From Carcharhinus longimanus (lineage: Eukaryota), in assembly GCA_030264375.1 (NCBI GenBank), contig JASCQW010000132.1, positions 78,967,454 through 79,031,453 of the forward strand: DNA of 64,000 nucleotides, in the 5' to 3' direction. How positions within the stretch are numbered: position 1 is the first letter of the stretch; each line of letters starts with the position of its first letter. The position numbers were made by a program, and so were the translations under genes. Under the pieces are notes generated by a model that searched no databases, was not told the origin of the DNA, and saw nothing but the letters and a program-made list of their open reading frames with translations. Positions 1-12,478 of the stretch are shown one piece after another.

Positions 1-1010
1 ATATAAAGATTTTACAGATGGATATAGATAGGCTAGGAGAATGGGCCACAATTTGACAGATAAAGCTTAATGTAGATAAGTGTGAGATTGTCATTTTGGT
101 AGAAAAAAATAGAAAGGCAAATTATTACCTAAATGGAAAGCAGATTCAGGCAGAGGGACCTGGGTGTCTATGTTCATGAATCACAGAAAGTTGGTATGCC
201 AGTGCAGCATGTAAAAGAAAAAGGCAACTGGGATGTTGGCATTTACCGCAAAGGGACCAGAGTATAAAAGTACAAAGAACAAAGAACAACACAGCATGGG
301 AAACAGGTCCTTCAGCCTAACGAGCTCACGCCGCCATTTTAACAATGTGCTTTTCCTCTTCCACCCTTGACCCATGTCTATGCTTATGGCACCCTTATGG
401 TAGAGAAATGTTGTTGCAATTGTATTGGATGTTGGTGAGACCACATCTGGGATATTGTACTCACTATTGGTCTCTTTATTTGAGGAAGAATGTAGTTGCA
501 TTGGAGGCAGTTCAGTGGATGTTCATCAGATTGATTCCAAGGATGAAAGGGTTGACAGATGAGGAGAGATTAAACAGTTTGGGCTTCTATTTGCTGGAGT
601 TTAGAAGGATGAGAGGGGATCTGATTGAAGTATATAAAATTTTAAAAGGGATCGATTAAGTAAATGTAGACCAAATGTTTCCTTTATTAGGGTAATCTAG
701 AACAACATGTCACAGGAATAGGTTGAGAGATGGCAGTTTTAAACTGAAATGAGAAGGAACTACTTCTTGCAAAGGGTGGTGAATTTGTGGAACTACTTGC
801 CCCATAGCACAATGGAGTCTGAATTGTTAAATTATTTCAAGAAGGAGATAGATATATTTCTAATTAAAAAAAAAGGATAAGTGGATATGGGAAACAGGTG
901 GAGAGGTGGATTTGAGACCAGGTAGAGATCAGTTATGATCTGATTGAGTGGCAGAACAGATCTGAAGGGCTGAATTCTACTTCTGCTCTTAATTTCTATC
1001 TTCCTATTTT
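1..1010 (+). mobile_element. CR1 LINE 3' fragment (RT C-terminus plus 3' UTR), decayed, interrupted at 273-399
   Basis: Translates to CR1 motifs LQMDIDRLGEW, LVRPHLGYC and LEFRRMRGDLIEVYKILKGID, with stops and frameshifts; ends in a CR1-type 3' UTR. Confidence 0.92.
273..399 (-). mobile_element. Short CR1 3' end inserted antisense into another CR1
   Basis: Starts with a (CAAAGAA)n tail and ACAGCATGGGAAACAGGTCCTTCAGCC, matching 1465-1539; the host CR1 resumes after it. Confidence 0.8.
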
Positions 1011-1215
1011 TCTGTAATATGGGGTAGAACTGGACACAAAATTCCAGTTGTAGCCGAACCAGCATTTTCTTCAGTTCAGCATTGCATCCCATCTTTTACA
1101 TTCAATACCTTGTCCAATAAAAGAAAACATTTCTTATCTACCTGTCCTGTAATTTAGCAAATAGTTACAGCACAAAAGGAGGCTATACAGCCCATCGTGT
1201 CAGCACCAGCTAAAA
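1011..1215 (-). mobile_element. CR1 fragments, antisense
   Basis: Minus ORF contains LVRLQLEFCVQF; 1157-1211 resembles an antisense CR1 3' UTR. Confidence 0.7.
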
Positions 1216-1461
1216 CAGAATCAAAGAATTTCTCATATCTGCCTAAAACTGACAGGAAGCAGCAGCTGGGCAGCAGTGGGAGCACAATATTGGACAGGGG
1301 AAGCAGAGAGCATGGAAAACAAACATTCCTTGTGGGGCCAGAAAAAAACACTCCATTCAGAGCAGGTTAAAGTTGCACTCTGAGGGAAAAGAACATGTTA
1401 TGACTTTCCTGATAAGTCTTTAGGGGAATTTCAATTGTCTGCCACATAAGGAAATCATAGG

Positions 1462-1712
1462 TGAACAAAGAACAAAGAACAAAGAACAAAGAACAACACA
1501 GCACGGGAAACAGGCCCTTCGGCCCAACGAGCCCACGCCNNNNNNNNNNNNNNNNNNNNNNNNNNNNNNNNNNNNNNNNNNNNNNNNNNNNNNNNNNNNN
1601 NNNNNNNNNNNNNNNNNNNNNNNNNNNNNNNNNNNNNNNTTCTATCCATTTCTAATAGCGGAAAAAGCTTACCACCATTTACTCTATCTATCCCCTTCAT
1701 AATCTTATAAAC
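1462..1712 (-). mobile_element. Young CR1 3' end spanning an assembly gap
   Basis: (AACAAAG)n tail, GGCCCTTCGGCCCA 3' UTR motif, and minus-strand VYKIMKGIDRVNGGKLFPL. Confidence 0.88.
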
Positions 1713-1741
1713 ATGGACAAAGGTGAAGTAGCTGATGAAGT

Positions 1742-1829
1742 CATTCACCTGATGAAGGAACAGTGCTTCAAAAGCTTGTGTTACCAAATAACTGTTGGAC
1801 TTTAACCTGGTGTTGTGAGACTTCTTACC
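1742..1829 (+). mobile_element. Penelope-like terminal repeat with degenerate hammerhead motif
   Basis: CACCTGATGAAGGAACAGTGCTTCAAAAGCTTGTG followed by TGTTGGACTTTAACCTGGTGTTGTGAGACTTCTTAC; same family as 39045, 41269 and 61611. Confidence 0.75.
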
Positions 1830-2311
1830 AGCCCCCACCTTTTTCTCAGTCCCTCGCCTTGCTTTGTCACCCAGCATTCTGCTCCGACCAGCTGCACAGT
1901 TGCTGCGGCTTATGGGCGGTCACCAATCTCGGGGAATGCAAATAAGCCCAGGAGGTTCCATAACACAGGCTTCTGAGGTCAGGACAACAATTGATCATGG
2001 AGTTCAAAATTATGATCAAAAATGGATAAAAAAACATGAATTAACCCAATTATTTTTCATGAAGTCCTTTCAGCAGCTACCTTTCTTTCCTCATGAAGCT
2101 GATAACTTGCTACCGAAAATGAGGTTTATACAATTAATGATATAAAAATTGTATCTACTAGTTCATACCAACATGCTACATCATCTTGCAATTCTTGTGG
2201 TGAAGTTTTCTGTTATTTGAGCCTTTGGCTCTCCCTCTCAAACCATGAAATGTCACTGAAAAACTTTTGAAACAAATGTTTTCTTTCTCATTAATTGGCG
2301 AAGAATAATCA

Positions 2312-2548
2312 GTAATAACTTTATTTATATAGTGCCTTTAACCTCACAAGACACTTGGCAGGAGCATTATAAAACCAAGACGCATAAAAAGGTACCAGAT
2401 CAAATGACCAAAAGCTTGATCGAAGAGATAAGTTTTAAAGAGTATCCTAAAGGAGCAAAGTGAGATTAAGAGTTGGTGAGATGAAGGAGGGGAATTCCTA
2501 AACTGGGGCCTAAACACCTGAAGGCAAGACCACCAATGGCAGAACAAC
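2312..2548 (-). mobile_element. L2 LINE 3' end
   Basis: Antisense L2-type tail TTTATATAGTGCCTTT; minus ORF FRILFKTYLFDQAF resembles the L2 C-terminal LKTYLF motif. Confidence 0.75.
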
Positions 2549-3027
2549 CATACTCATGAATGTGAATAAGAAATAATAAAGCGCTATGGGGCCTCACCAT
2601 AACCACCGTATCTGGTCAAAACAATCTTAAATAAAATCAGCCACACTTGCCCATTGCATTTACCTAGGAAATAGAATCACAGTCATAGATCCTTACTGAT
2701 ATTTAAAGGTTTAAAGGAAAGGTCTCAGTAAGTTGAGACTTGAAATTTGCTCTGGCAACTGACAGTAGTGATAGTGTGATTTGTAACTCTTCACTGGAGT
2801 CATATCTAGCACAAAGGAAGATTGTTGAATGTGATGGAGGTTGACCTCACTGCAGGAGTTCCTCAGGCCAGTGTCCCAGGCAGTATCATCTTCAGCTGCT
2901 CCATCAATAATCATCCTTCAATCATAAGATCTGAAGTGTGGACATTCATTAATCATATCACAATGTTCACCCCAGTCGCACATCCACGCACATCACACGA
3001 AGCAACTGGACAACATTCAAACTTGAC

Positions 3028-3518
3028 TTAGGATTTTATGGCCCTGTCGTGGCATAAGAACATAAGAAATAGGAGCCATCTAGCCCTTCGAGCCTGCCCC
3101 GCCATTCAATAAGATCATGGCTGATCTGAAGNNNNNNNNNNNNNNNNNNNNNNNNNNNNNNNNNNNNNNNNNNNNNNNNNNNNNNNNNNNNNNNNNNNNN
3201 NNNNNNNNNNNNNNNNNNNNNNNNNNNNNNNCCTTATCTTGAGGCTGTGCCCTCTAGTCCTGCTGTCCTTTCTGAGCGGGAAGAACCTCTCCACCTCTAC
3301 CCTATCCACCCCTTTCATCATCTTATACGTCTCAATAAGATCCCCCCTCATCCTTCTAAACTCTAACGAGCACAAGCCCAGTCTATTCAGCCTCTCCTCC
3401 CAGTCTATTCAGCCTCTGGCATGACTCTCACCCGGCAGGTGTAAGTTATTTGAATCTCCGTTAAGTTCACCAGAACCATACTATCCTATTGGGTGGGAGG
3501 GGGTGTAAAATCCTGGCT
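3028..3518. mobile_element. MITE interrupted by a CR1 insertion
   Basis: Inverted termini AGGATTTTA (about 3030) and TAAAATCCT (about 3506); resembles the MITEs at 29929 and 37162. Confidence 0.6.
3056..3416 (-). mobile_element. Young CR1 3' end with TGGCAT target-site duplication
   Basis: (CATAAGAA)n tail; LEFRRMRGDLIETYKMMKGVDRV; TGGCAT at 3050-3055 and 3417-3422. Confidence 0.9.
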
Positions 3519-5104
3519 TTAGGCTGATAAGTAGCAGATAACGTCTACATCACACAAGTGCCAGCTAGGTAATGACCATCTCGAGCAAAAGAAAATCCAA
3601 TCATGTCCGCTTGGTAGTCAGTGAAATTACCATCACTGAATCCCTCATCATCACCATCCTGCGGATCACCATTGATCAGGAGCTTGACTGCGTCAGCCAC
3701 ATAAGTAGTGTGGCTCCCAGAACAGGTCAGAGGATGAGAAAACTAGGCGAGAATCTAATCATATGAACTGGTAAGGATGGGGTCTATGCAGAACAATAGG
3801 GGAGGCCTTTGGTAGAATGGGATGCGAGAGAGATTAGATGCCTGATTGGCCTTTTACTGCAGTAAGATTAAGATTCTAAGTTTTCTTTTCTCAGTCTCTA
3901 TGTAAGATTGAATATTGGAATCACTTATTACATAAATGTTCAATTTTTTATGAATAACGAGAATGACGGATGGACAAAAGTCAAAAGACAAATGCCATAT
4001 TTTGGTAATTTGGAGATTATAATTTAAATCATTCTAAATTGTGATTTTATCAGTGTCCCCCGAGGGATGTTACTGACACTGACTTTTTATGCTGTCTCTG
4101 AAGATGATGCTGCAGATGATAAATTAACTTGAGGTGTCTATGCCTTGACTAGCACAATTACCAGCAATACACTGGATGTTCTTAGTGGTTTGGTAGAAAC
4201 AAAAGAGAATAATCTAATAAAAATCTTGGTAGTATTACTATTTGCTTGAAATAATTCGCCCTCTCTAGTGGCACGTTTACAGGTGTGGAGAACATTTAAT
4301 AGGGGAGGAGGATGGCGGGTGAGCCTGTGTTCAACATTTCATCACATTGCCAATCAAATTGGCCTTTACCTGCCCACAATTAATGAGCTTTTTGGGGCCT
4401 GATCTTGCTTTTTCTGGTATTAATCAAGCTGTGGGCAGGCCTGTCGCCAGATGAGGTGAACAATATTCAAACAAGGAAATCTGTCTAGGCTGCTTGTCGT
4501 CTTCTGGGCGGGGGTCCTTCATTCAAAGTCATAATGTGTCTGATTGAATGACCCAACATCAGGGGTGGCAGGACCCACTGACAGCCGACAGCCTACCCTT
4601 GCTGGCGACCCATTCTTTACTTCCCTGTTACCTCACACTCCCCCACCTTCGACACCACAGCCCCCAACTCACAAAACTCCTTCTGCCACTGCTTCCTGTG
4701 GCCTGAATTACTCCACAATTTTGGGCCTGCACTGGGTGTCTTTCGTATGTTTCCTGCAGCAGCCACTACCTCCCTCTTGTGGCATTGCTGAAGAGCTGCC
4801 AACTAGCAGCCAAGCAAGACCTCTCCATCCTTGAGAACCTGATAGGGAGGAAAAGTCAGCCCCTGGTCTCTTCAATGCCTGATTGGCTCCTGATCCAGTG
4901 GGACTTTGCCAAAGTAGATAATATGGGTCTCTCACTAGCTCTCCAGTCGCAGGCGAGACCCAGAGTCCCAATATAAAATTTACCCCAACAGACAAAAATC
5001 TGAAGGAATGCTCTAAATATACATCAGTCCATCTGAGCTGGAGGAGACTAAATTGACATTTCACATGTGATTTTTCTAATCAAACTGCTTTTGCTCTTTG
5101 ATAT

Positions 5105-6910
5105 TTTAAGTGTTGATGTAGTGTACATGGACTTTCAGAAGGCATTTGTAACATACAGGCTTGTGAGAAAAGTCATAACTCATGGGCTAAAAGGGACAGT
5201 AGCAATGTGGATGCAAAATTGGTTGAATAATAGGAAGCGGAGAGTCAATGGATATTTTTTGGGCTGGAGGAAGGTTTGTAGTGGTTTCCCAAGGGGTTGA
5301 TATTAAGACCTTTGCTCTTCTGATATATATTAGTGATTTAGATCTTGGTGTGTGGGAGACAATTTCAAAGATTACAAATGTTCACAAAACTGGGAAGTAT
5401 TGTAAACGGTGAAGAGACAATGTAGAAATTCAAAAGGACGTAGAGAATTTGGTGGCGTGGGCAGATAGTTGGCAGATAGGGAGGCGATGCCCCATGGTAT
5501 TATTGCTGGACTATTAATCCAGGAGCTCAGCTAATGTTCTGGGGACCCGGGTTTGAATCTCACCATGGCAGAGGATCTAATTTGAATTCAATACAAAATA
5601 TCTGGAATTAAGGATCTACTGATGACCATAAAATCATTGTCAATTGTCAGAAAAACTCATCTGGTTCACTCATGTCCTTTNNNNNNNNNNNNNNNNNNNN
5701 NNNNNNNNNNNNNNNNNNNNNNNNNNNNNNNNNNNNNNNNNNNNNNNNNNNNNNNNNNNNNNNNNNNNNNNNNNNNNNNNAATGTTCTGGGGCCCCGGGT
5801 TTGAATCTCACCATGGCAGAGGATCTAATTTGAATTCAATACAAAATATCTGGAATTAAGAATCTACTGATGACCATAAAATCATTGTCAATTGTCAGAA
5901 AAACTCATCTGGTTCACTCATGTCCTTTACGGAAGGAAATCTGCCATCCTTACCTAGTCTGGCCTACATGTGACTCCAGAGCCACAACATGTGTTTGATT
6001 CTTTAGTGTCCTCTGAAATGGTCTAGCAAGGTACTCAGTTCAATGGTGATTAGGGATGGGCAATAAATGCTGACCAGCCAGCAATGCCCAGGTCCCATGA
6101 ATGAATAAAAAAAGATGAACTTCAATGCAAAGAAGTGTGAGGTGATGTACTTTGGCAGGAAGAACATGGCGAGGCAATATAAAATCAGGGGTAAAACTCT
6201 TAAAGGAGTGCAGAAGCCGAGGGACCTAGGTGTTTTTGTGCATAGATGATTAAAGGTAGCAGGACAGGTGGAGAGAACAGTTGATAAAGCATATAGTATC
6301 CAGGCTTTATTAATAGTGGCACAGAGTACAAGCGAAAGGAGGTTATGCTGAATTTATACAGGACACTAGTTAGACCTCATATGGAATATTGTATCCAGTT
6401 TTAGGCACCACATTATGGGAAGGATGTGAATGCATAGGAGAGAATGCAGAATGATTCCAGGGATGAGAAACTTCAGTGAGAGATATTTTGGAGAGGTTGA
6501 AACTGTTCTCCTTGGAGAGAGGACTGTCAATAGATTTCATAGAGATGTTCTAAATCATGAAGGGACTGGACGGAGCAGAAAGGGAGAACCTGTTCCCCTG
6601 GTAAAAGGATCAAGAATGAGAGATCATAGATTGATAGATTACAAAAGAAGCAAATATGATGTAAAAAAATTGCTTTTTCACACGATGGGTGTTTTCAGGC
6701 TGGAATGTACTGCCTCGAAGTGTGGTGGAAGCAGTTTTAAACAAGGCATTCAAATGGGCAATACATGATTATTTGAATAGAAACGATGTGCAGGGGCACA
6801 GGGTAAAGGCAGGTGAATGGCATTAAGCCATGATGCTCGTTTAGAGAACCAGTGCAAACACAATGGACCAAATGGCCTCCTTCTGCACCGTAACAATGCT
6901 GTGATTCTGT
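5105..6910 (+). mobile_element. CR1 LINE RT to 3' end, decayed, interrupted by a SINE
   Basis: VDVVYMDFQKAF, WQMNFNAKKCEV across the insertion, LVRPHMEYCIQF, and a CR1 3' UTR at about 6860-6910. Confidence 0.9.
5479..6113 (+). mobile_element. tRNA-derived SINE with SlmI/MetaSINE-like core and LINE-derived tail
   Basis: tRNA-like head with B-box GGTTTGAATC, core ATCTGGTTCACTCATGTCCTTTACGGAAGGAAATCTGCC, tail GGGATGGGCAATAAATGCTG...ATGAATGAATAAAAAAA; AGAT duplicated at the flanks. Confidence 0.85.
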
Positions 6911-9609
6911 GAAGTAAATGGGTGTCATGGATCGTAGAGAGCAGAAAATGGAGACACATCTAAACCTGGGCAAAAAGAAAGGCAAAATGAGAAAGAATGA
7001 AACTTAGAAACAAATAGCAAGGAGCAAAAATGATGGGAACTGAGAAGAGAAAAATGAAAGAAATAAAATAGAACACTGCCAGCAAATCTTGCAAAAGAAA
7101 CTTACTGGAAAGGAAGGGAAGGTAAGAAGAGAACTGGGTCAAAAGGTGGAAAATGCATGAAATTCTTTTCAGTAAGTCTAATTTTTCAATAACAATAATA
7201 TTGCTTCTCAGTGGCATTGTTCAGAATATTAATTTTTCATGCTTACTAACATTGCTGAATATATTCTGCCGCAGTGAAGCAACTTGATTAATTTGTACAA
7301 CACAGGACTGTGCATTCATTAAAAGAAAATCTTTGATAGTTGACACCTCATTGAGAACTTACTAGTCATAACAAACTGTTTTGCTAAAGTAAAAGGGTAT
7401 ATATGTTTCACCCTTTAAGAAAGGGATTAACACATTTCAGCATTTTCTTTCAGTATGGCTATGGATTGCTGATGAGTGATCGGTGTTGTAGGCTGAAAGA
7501 CTTATAGGGTGGAAGGTCGAGCTTACATCACAATGGTGCTATGGAGCTGAAACACTTAACAAGGAAATAACCTTTGCTTTAAATGAAATGCAGTGACAAA
7601 TAAGCGGATGGCATAATATCCTGAACTTCTTTCCAAGGACAATATTATTGCTCAGTTGATTTGTTTTCGAGTCGCATTATTAGTAATGGCTAATGCAAAT
7701 CTGAACAAAAGAACAAGATGGGTAAGTGATAAATTGAGAAAATGATCAATTGATAAATGAACATGTGAATAGACAGACAATTACAGCCAAGGACAAGACC
7801 ATTCCCTTGTTGATAGACATTTCAGAAAGTAAGGTTGTCGTTGGTGATTTTAATAGGTCTGGTAAAGCAAGGTCTGGTTATCATCTTGGATGAGTTCATA
7901 ATTCTGCAACATTTACTCTTGCATGCTATTTATCAGATGTTCAGCTATGCATCCTCAGTATCTGATGAGGTGAATGTGAACCTAAAAGGAATCTTTTCTC
8001 TGCGATCACTGCCTACGATAAATGTTATTGGGAATTCTCTCGAGTAATGGGAAGCAAAGGGCTGGGAGCTCATAGTTTTCAGGTGGGGGATTAACATTCG
8101 AATAGAGTGTCAAAAATGGATGATATGCACAATTAAATTGGCTGTTAACCCTTTGTCCTCATTCTGCTCCTAAATAGAATTGTCACCGAGTTTCCTGTGC
8201 AGCTTTGCTCAAGCTGCACCAGCCTTGAAGAGACACTGCAATGTCATTACATACAAATGAATATCAGATGGCTCTGGACACAGATTTCCTGAAGCAATAG
8301 TGGGTGAAGATCAAGGGCAGACTACCACTATAAAAATGACATTTCTGATTCCTGCCATTTAATACTAACTGTTTTAAGGGGCAGACTAATAGTTGCCTGA
8401 AAGATCTTTAGTTTTACCTTTCGTTAAAATAATATTTGGTTTCATTGATTCAGTATCCATAGAATGCTAATACTTTATTTATACTTAACAATGGAAATAG
8501 TGTCAATTTATATAATGCCCAATTTTCCCTTTTATTCATTTTAACACAAAGATAAATCAGGCTTGATATATAACAGATGACTAAATTAATACGACTCATT
8601 TTATACCATCACCAAAGTAAAATTAGACTATGTTTAGTATAACAGCAGCCCCACTGTTTATGATATGCTACAACTGGAGGCAGCTGCAGAGGAATAACCA
8701 TAAGCATTCTTGGCAGCTATTCAGTTTACTTGCCTGGCCATCTCCTGAACCATTGTCACATGTAAAGATTGGAAAAGAGTTACATCAAAACATTACTTTT
8801 TTAAGCAAAGTGCACCAAACAAGATTTTAAAGAAGTACAAAGATGAAAGGTGGTTAAAAAAAATGAATGAACAAGGCATCAAAGCTGTTTACCCCCACAA
8901 ACTGAAACCAATAAGTAATCATTAGCTTGTCTTAGTAATTGATAGCTACTTACACCCATTATGTTATAAGTCCCTGATCCTGGGGTTTTTGCCAGGGTGG
9001 TCTCACATTGGCCATTCCCCCTACTTGTGAATATATGGAGATACATTAAGAACAAAAACTAGGCAAATATGCTGGAGTAGACTTTTCTCAGACTCAGCAA
9101 ATTAAAATTCATGAAGACAGATAGAAATGATTTTGTGTCTCAAGCAAGATGGCCCACTGATGTGGGGAAGCATATGTGTTTATCATTTTAGATTCCACAA
9201 AGAAAAAATTAACAGATTGAATTAATGAGTATGATCATAACTGTTGTTCTGTTTATTCATGTGCTTTTTTAAAAAAATAATGTTAATGTTTCATTCTGGG
9301 TGAACTCCAATAAGTCCACTGAATAACACAAGTGCCCTTTTCTACTGCATCTTCAACAATCTTTAACCCTTAATCTCTATTGTATTCTCCAGATGCTGCC
9401 ATAACTGGAGCTGACTATGGAACCTACCATAGTTCACAAGGTGAAGAGTAACTTAATGGCAGCCACAACATATGAAGAAAAAGTCCTCTTCTTGGTTTTA
9501 ATGCCATCTTTCTTAAGAGCAGCTTAGTTTCCCCAATCTTTACGTGTGTGATAGAATGTGTACGTAATTTTTGGGTGAATTAACTACATTTCTACATTGC
9601 GGAATGCTA

Positions 9610-9705
9610 AACAACAACATGAACTTGCATTTATATAGCAACTACAATTGTAAAATACCCTAAGGTGCATTACGGCAGACTTATCAAACAAAATTTGTCA
9701 GAAGT
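9610..9705 (-). mobile_element. L2 3' tail
   Basis: AACTTGCATTTATATAGC...TATCAAACAAAATTTG, homologous to 2312-2400. Confidence 0.65.
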
Positions 9706-9714
9706 CACTTCAGG

Positions 9715-9950
9715 AAAAAGGAAGAGAGGCATTCATTTACATAGCACTTTTCACAACCACCAGATGTCTCAAAGAATTTTACAGCCAATGAAGTACTTTT
9801 GAAGTTAGCCACTGTTGTAATGTGAGAAACATGACAACTGATATCTGTAGTAAACTCCCACAATCCAGCAGTGTAGTAATGACCCAAATCAGCTGTTTTG
9901 TGTGATGCTGATTCAGGGATAAATATTGGCCAGGCACTGGGGAAACTTTA
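9715..9950 (-). mobile_element. SacSINE1-like DeuSINE, 3' part
   Basis: TTTACAGCCAATGAAGTACTTTTGAAG...GGGATAAATATTGGCCAGG; homologous to 50320-50728. Confidence 0.8.
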
Positions 9951-10254
9951 CATTCGCACAAATGTAAAGATCAAAAAAGCTGCTGCAATTTTACCTTTTT
10001 GAATGCTCCAATCTCATTGGGCATGAGAAATTAAAGCCAGGCTTAACAATGTACTCCTAAAGGGCAGTTTTTCTCGATCCTTGTTCCTGAGGAAATCCCA
10101 TTTCCTCAGATGAAAAAACTCGGATTGCTGCATCCACTCCATTTTTACATTGCTCCAGGATTTCCTATGCTTTCTTGGGAAGCTAGAACTGGACCAGAAA
10201 AGGCTCTTTGCAGGTATGCTTTCTGACCTTCATCTTCCTGGCCATTGTCTCAAG

Positions 10255-10545
10255 TAACCCCACCATTCCAATCTTAGGTTGGTATCAATCCCTCACCGAG
10301 CTTCTGATTTCATTTTTATTCCGTGACTGCCTACTTCCAGCTCTATAATATTGGTCACCTTTGCCCATCTGCCACTGGAACTCTGTGCCTTTGCCTCCTC
10401 CAGCCTTGACTAATCCAATGCACTGCCAGCCAGCCTTCTATTCTCTATGGTTTTAATACTCCATTTGCTGCACCTATCTTATCCAGCACCCATTTCTGAT
10501 CACTATTCAACTTTGCTGACCATCTGATTGCCAAAGGCTAAGAGT
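10255..10545 (+). mobile_element. Old L2 LINE fragment
   Basis: GCCTTTGCCTCCTCCAGCCTTGACTAATCCAATGCACTG corresponds to the L2 motif AFVxSRLDYxNA. Confidence 0.65.
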
Positions 10546-10679
10546 GGGTTTAAGTGTTTTCATTTTAACTGTACCCCAGGATCAGCAAACAGAAGGTTCT
10601 AGTCTAACAGGCGGCAATATTACACTCGAGGAGCTGCCAAGTTCCATGACAGCATGTTTTCAGCGTCTGTTTTATTTGG

Positions 10680-10997
10680 AATGGTATGGCGACACAGTGT
10701 TTAACACTGCTACCTCACGGCGCCAGGGACCCAGATTCAATTCTGGTTTCAGATCACTGTCTGTGTGGAGTTTGCACATTCTCCCCATGTTTGTGTGGGT
10801 TTTCTCTGGGTGTTCTGCTTTCCTCTCACAATCCAAAGATGCGTAGGTTATGTTGAATGGCCAAGATAAATTGACCCTCGTGTCAGGGGAATTAGCAGGG
10901 TAAATATGTGGGGCCTCGGTGTGATTATGGTCAGTGCAGACCTGATGGGCCAAATGGCCTCTTTCTGCATTGTAAGGATTCTATTGATTCTATGATC
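10680..10997 (+). mobile_element. HE1-like V-SINE, near full length
   Basis: tRNA head, V-domain TGTGTGGAGTTTGCACATTCTCCCC...GGGTTT, CR1-type tail GGGCCAAATGGCCTC...(ATTCTATG)n. Confidence 0.9.
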
Positions 10998-11749
10998 ACC
11001 AACCCTCATGTATTCCTGAAGTTTTGCAGGATAGAACATGCATTAGTCTGGTGCAGCCCAGAGGATTTTATCATTTAACAATTCTTGTCATCACAGTAGC
11101 AGCTCACCCCCTCCCACCAATCACTGCTGCAGCAGACAGGTATCCTGTACATCAACCTACCCCCAAAAGCCCCATCTACCCTCAGCCACCTGAGAGATCC
11201 AGGACCAGCTGCTCAATCAGAAATAGTCGAGAGTTGTGGGAGATTTGAAAAGATTTTGGGAGTTGGGGGCACAGGTTTGGCAGTGGGAATGCTTGGGAAT
11301 CAGTGAAGCTCAGAAGTCAAGATGAGTCAAGGAAACCAAGGAATGGGGGTCCGACCTACCCCCGACCTAACATAAGGTTGGGGTAAGCAGGGAAATTGGA
11401 AAGTGAGGTTGATGTTCAGCAAAAGACAGAGACAGCCAAAGGAATAGGGGCTGGAGAATTGGTCTCTGGAGAAGGGGAGAGACGGTGATTGGGATTGGAG
11501 AATGGAGCTCGAGTAGGAACAGAAACAGGGGGACTAAGGAATGACGTAGGACTGTGCACTAGCATTTTCTGTGGAACAGGAGCACTAACCACAGCACAGT
11601 GAATGGCAATGGTGTCAAGAGAAGGACAGCAAGTAAATGAGTGAACGAAACCTGGGGTCTGTACAGTGAGCAAATAATGAAAGAAGTCCCCACAAATGGA
11701 AAGAAAGAATTCTCACAGGAAAAATAATGGAGGAAAGCAGTAGGATAAC

Positions 11750-11919
11750 ACCAAGATTGGTGGAGAAGTGGATGAGGTGGAGGGCTCTTGTAGGCTGCAG
11801 ACAGACATTGCTAGGATGCAGAACTGGGCAGAAAAGTGGCAGATGGAGTTTAACCATGATAAGTGCAAGATGATTCATTTTCGTAGGACAAACTTGAATG
11901 CGATTTACAGGGTCAACGG
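11750..11919 (+). mobile_element. CR1 RT fragment running into a gap
   Basis: LQTDIARMQNWAEKWQMEFNHDKCKMIHF. Confidence 0.88.
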
Positions 11920-12019
11920 NNNNNNNNNNNNNNNNNNNNNNNNNNNNNNNNNNNNNNNNNNNNNNNNNNNNNNNNNNNNNNNNNNNNNNNNNNNNNNNNN
12001 NNNNNNNNNNNNNNNNNNN

Positions 12020-12109
12020 GAAAGGAGATCACAAACTCGAGGAGAAAGGAGATCACAAACTCGAGGGGAATGGAGATCACAAACTCGAGGGGAAAGGAGA
12101 TCACAAACT
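12020..12109 (+). repeat. 24-bp minisatellite, about 3.8 visible copies, abutting a gap
   Basis: Unit GAAAGGAGATCACAAACTCGAGG(A/G) read directly. Confidence 0.9.
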
Positions 12110-12139
12110 GGCGGTACAGGAGGGAGATTGAATTTGCCA

Positions 12140-12478
12140 GCTTTTTTGCTGTTCCTTGCTGGGACACGGGTATCACTGACTGGGTCAGTATTTATTGCCC
12201 ATCCCGAGTTATCCGAGGGCAGCTGAGAGTTTCCCACATTGCTGTGACTCTGGAGTCACATGCCGGGTAAGGTCGGCAGATTTCCTTCCCTCATGGGAAC
12301 CAGATGGGATTTTCCGACAATGGTTCCACGGTCATCAGTAAATTCTTCATCCCAGATAATTTTTTAAATTAAATTTGCACCATCTGCCGTGGCAGGATTC
12401 GAACACAGGTCCCCAGGACACTCACTGAGTTTCTGGATGAACAGTCTAGCGATAATACCACTGGGCCAGCCCCTCCTT
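12140..12478 (-). mobile_element. SlmI/MetaSINE-like SINE, antisense
   Basis: Reverse-complement homology to 5479-6113 (ATTTATTGCCCATCCC, CTGGAGTCACATG, GGCAGATTTCCTTCCC, GGATTCGAAC). Confidence 0.85.

Larger units (their letters stand above)
2745..3735 (+). mobile_element. CR1-like LINE RT fragment, split by nested insertions
   Basis: AGVPQASVPGSIIFSCSINNHPSIIRSEV resembles RT motif GVPQGSVLGP; continues after 3519 (GGCTGATAAGT; ITILRITIDQEL). Confidence 0.8.

Noticed and set aside
4256-4275. CTCF-like motif (minus strand GCCACTAGAGAGGGCG)
   Set aside because: Two extra bases disrupt the CCACYAGRGGGCR core; too weak to call.
5535-5928. Near-identical 146-bp direct repeat either side of the 5681-5780 gap
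   Set aside because: Both copies abut an N-gap inside one SINE and differ at two bases; most likely unmerged contig or haplotype overlap.
10680-10750. tRNA-like A and B boxes here and at other SINE heads
   Set aside because: Each continues into SINE body and no complete cloverleaf is evident; not tRNA genes.
12020-12109. Possible CRISPR-like array
   Set aside because: Units are head-to-tail with no unique spacers, there are no cas genes, and the context is vertebrate.
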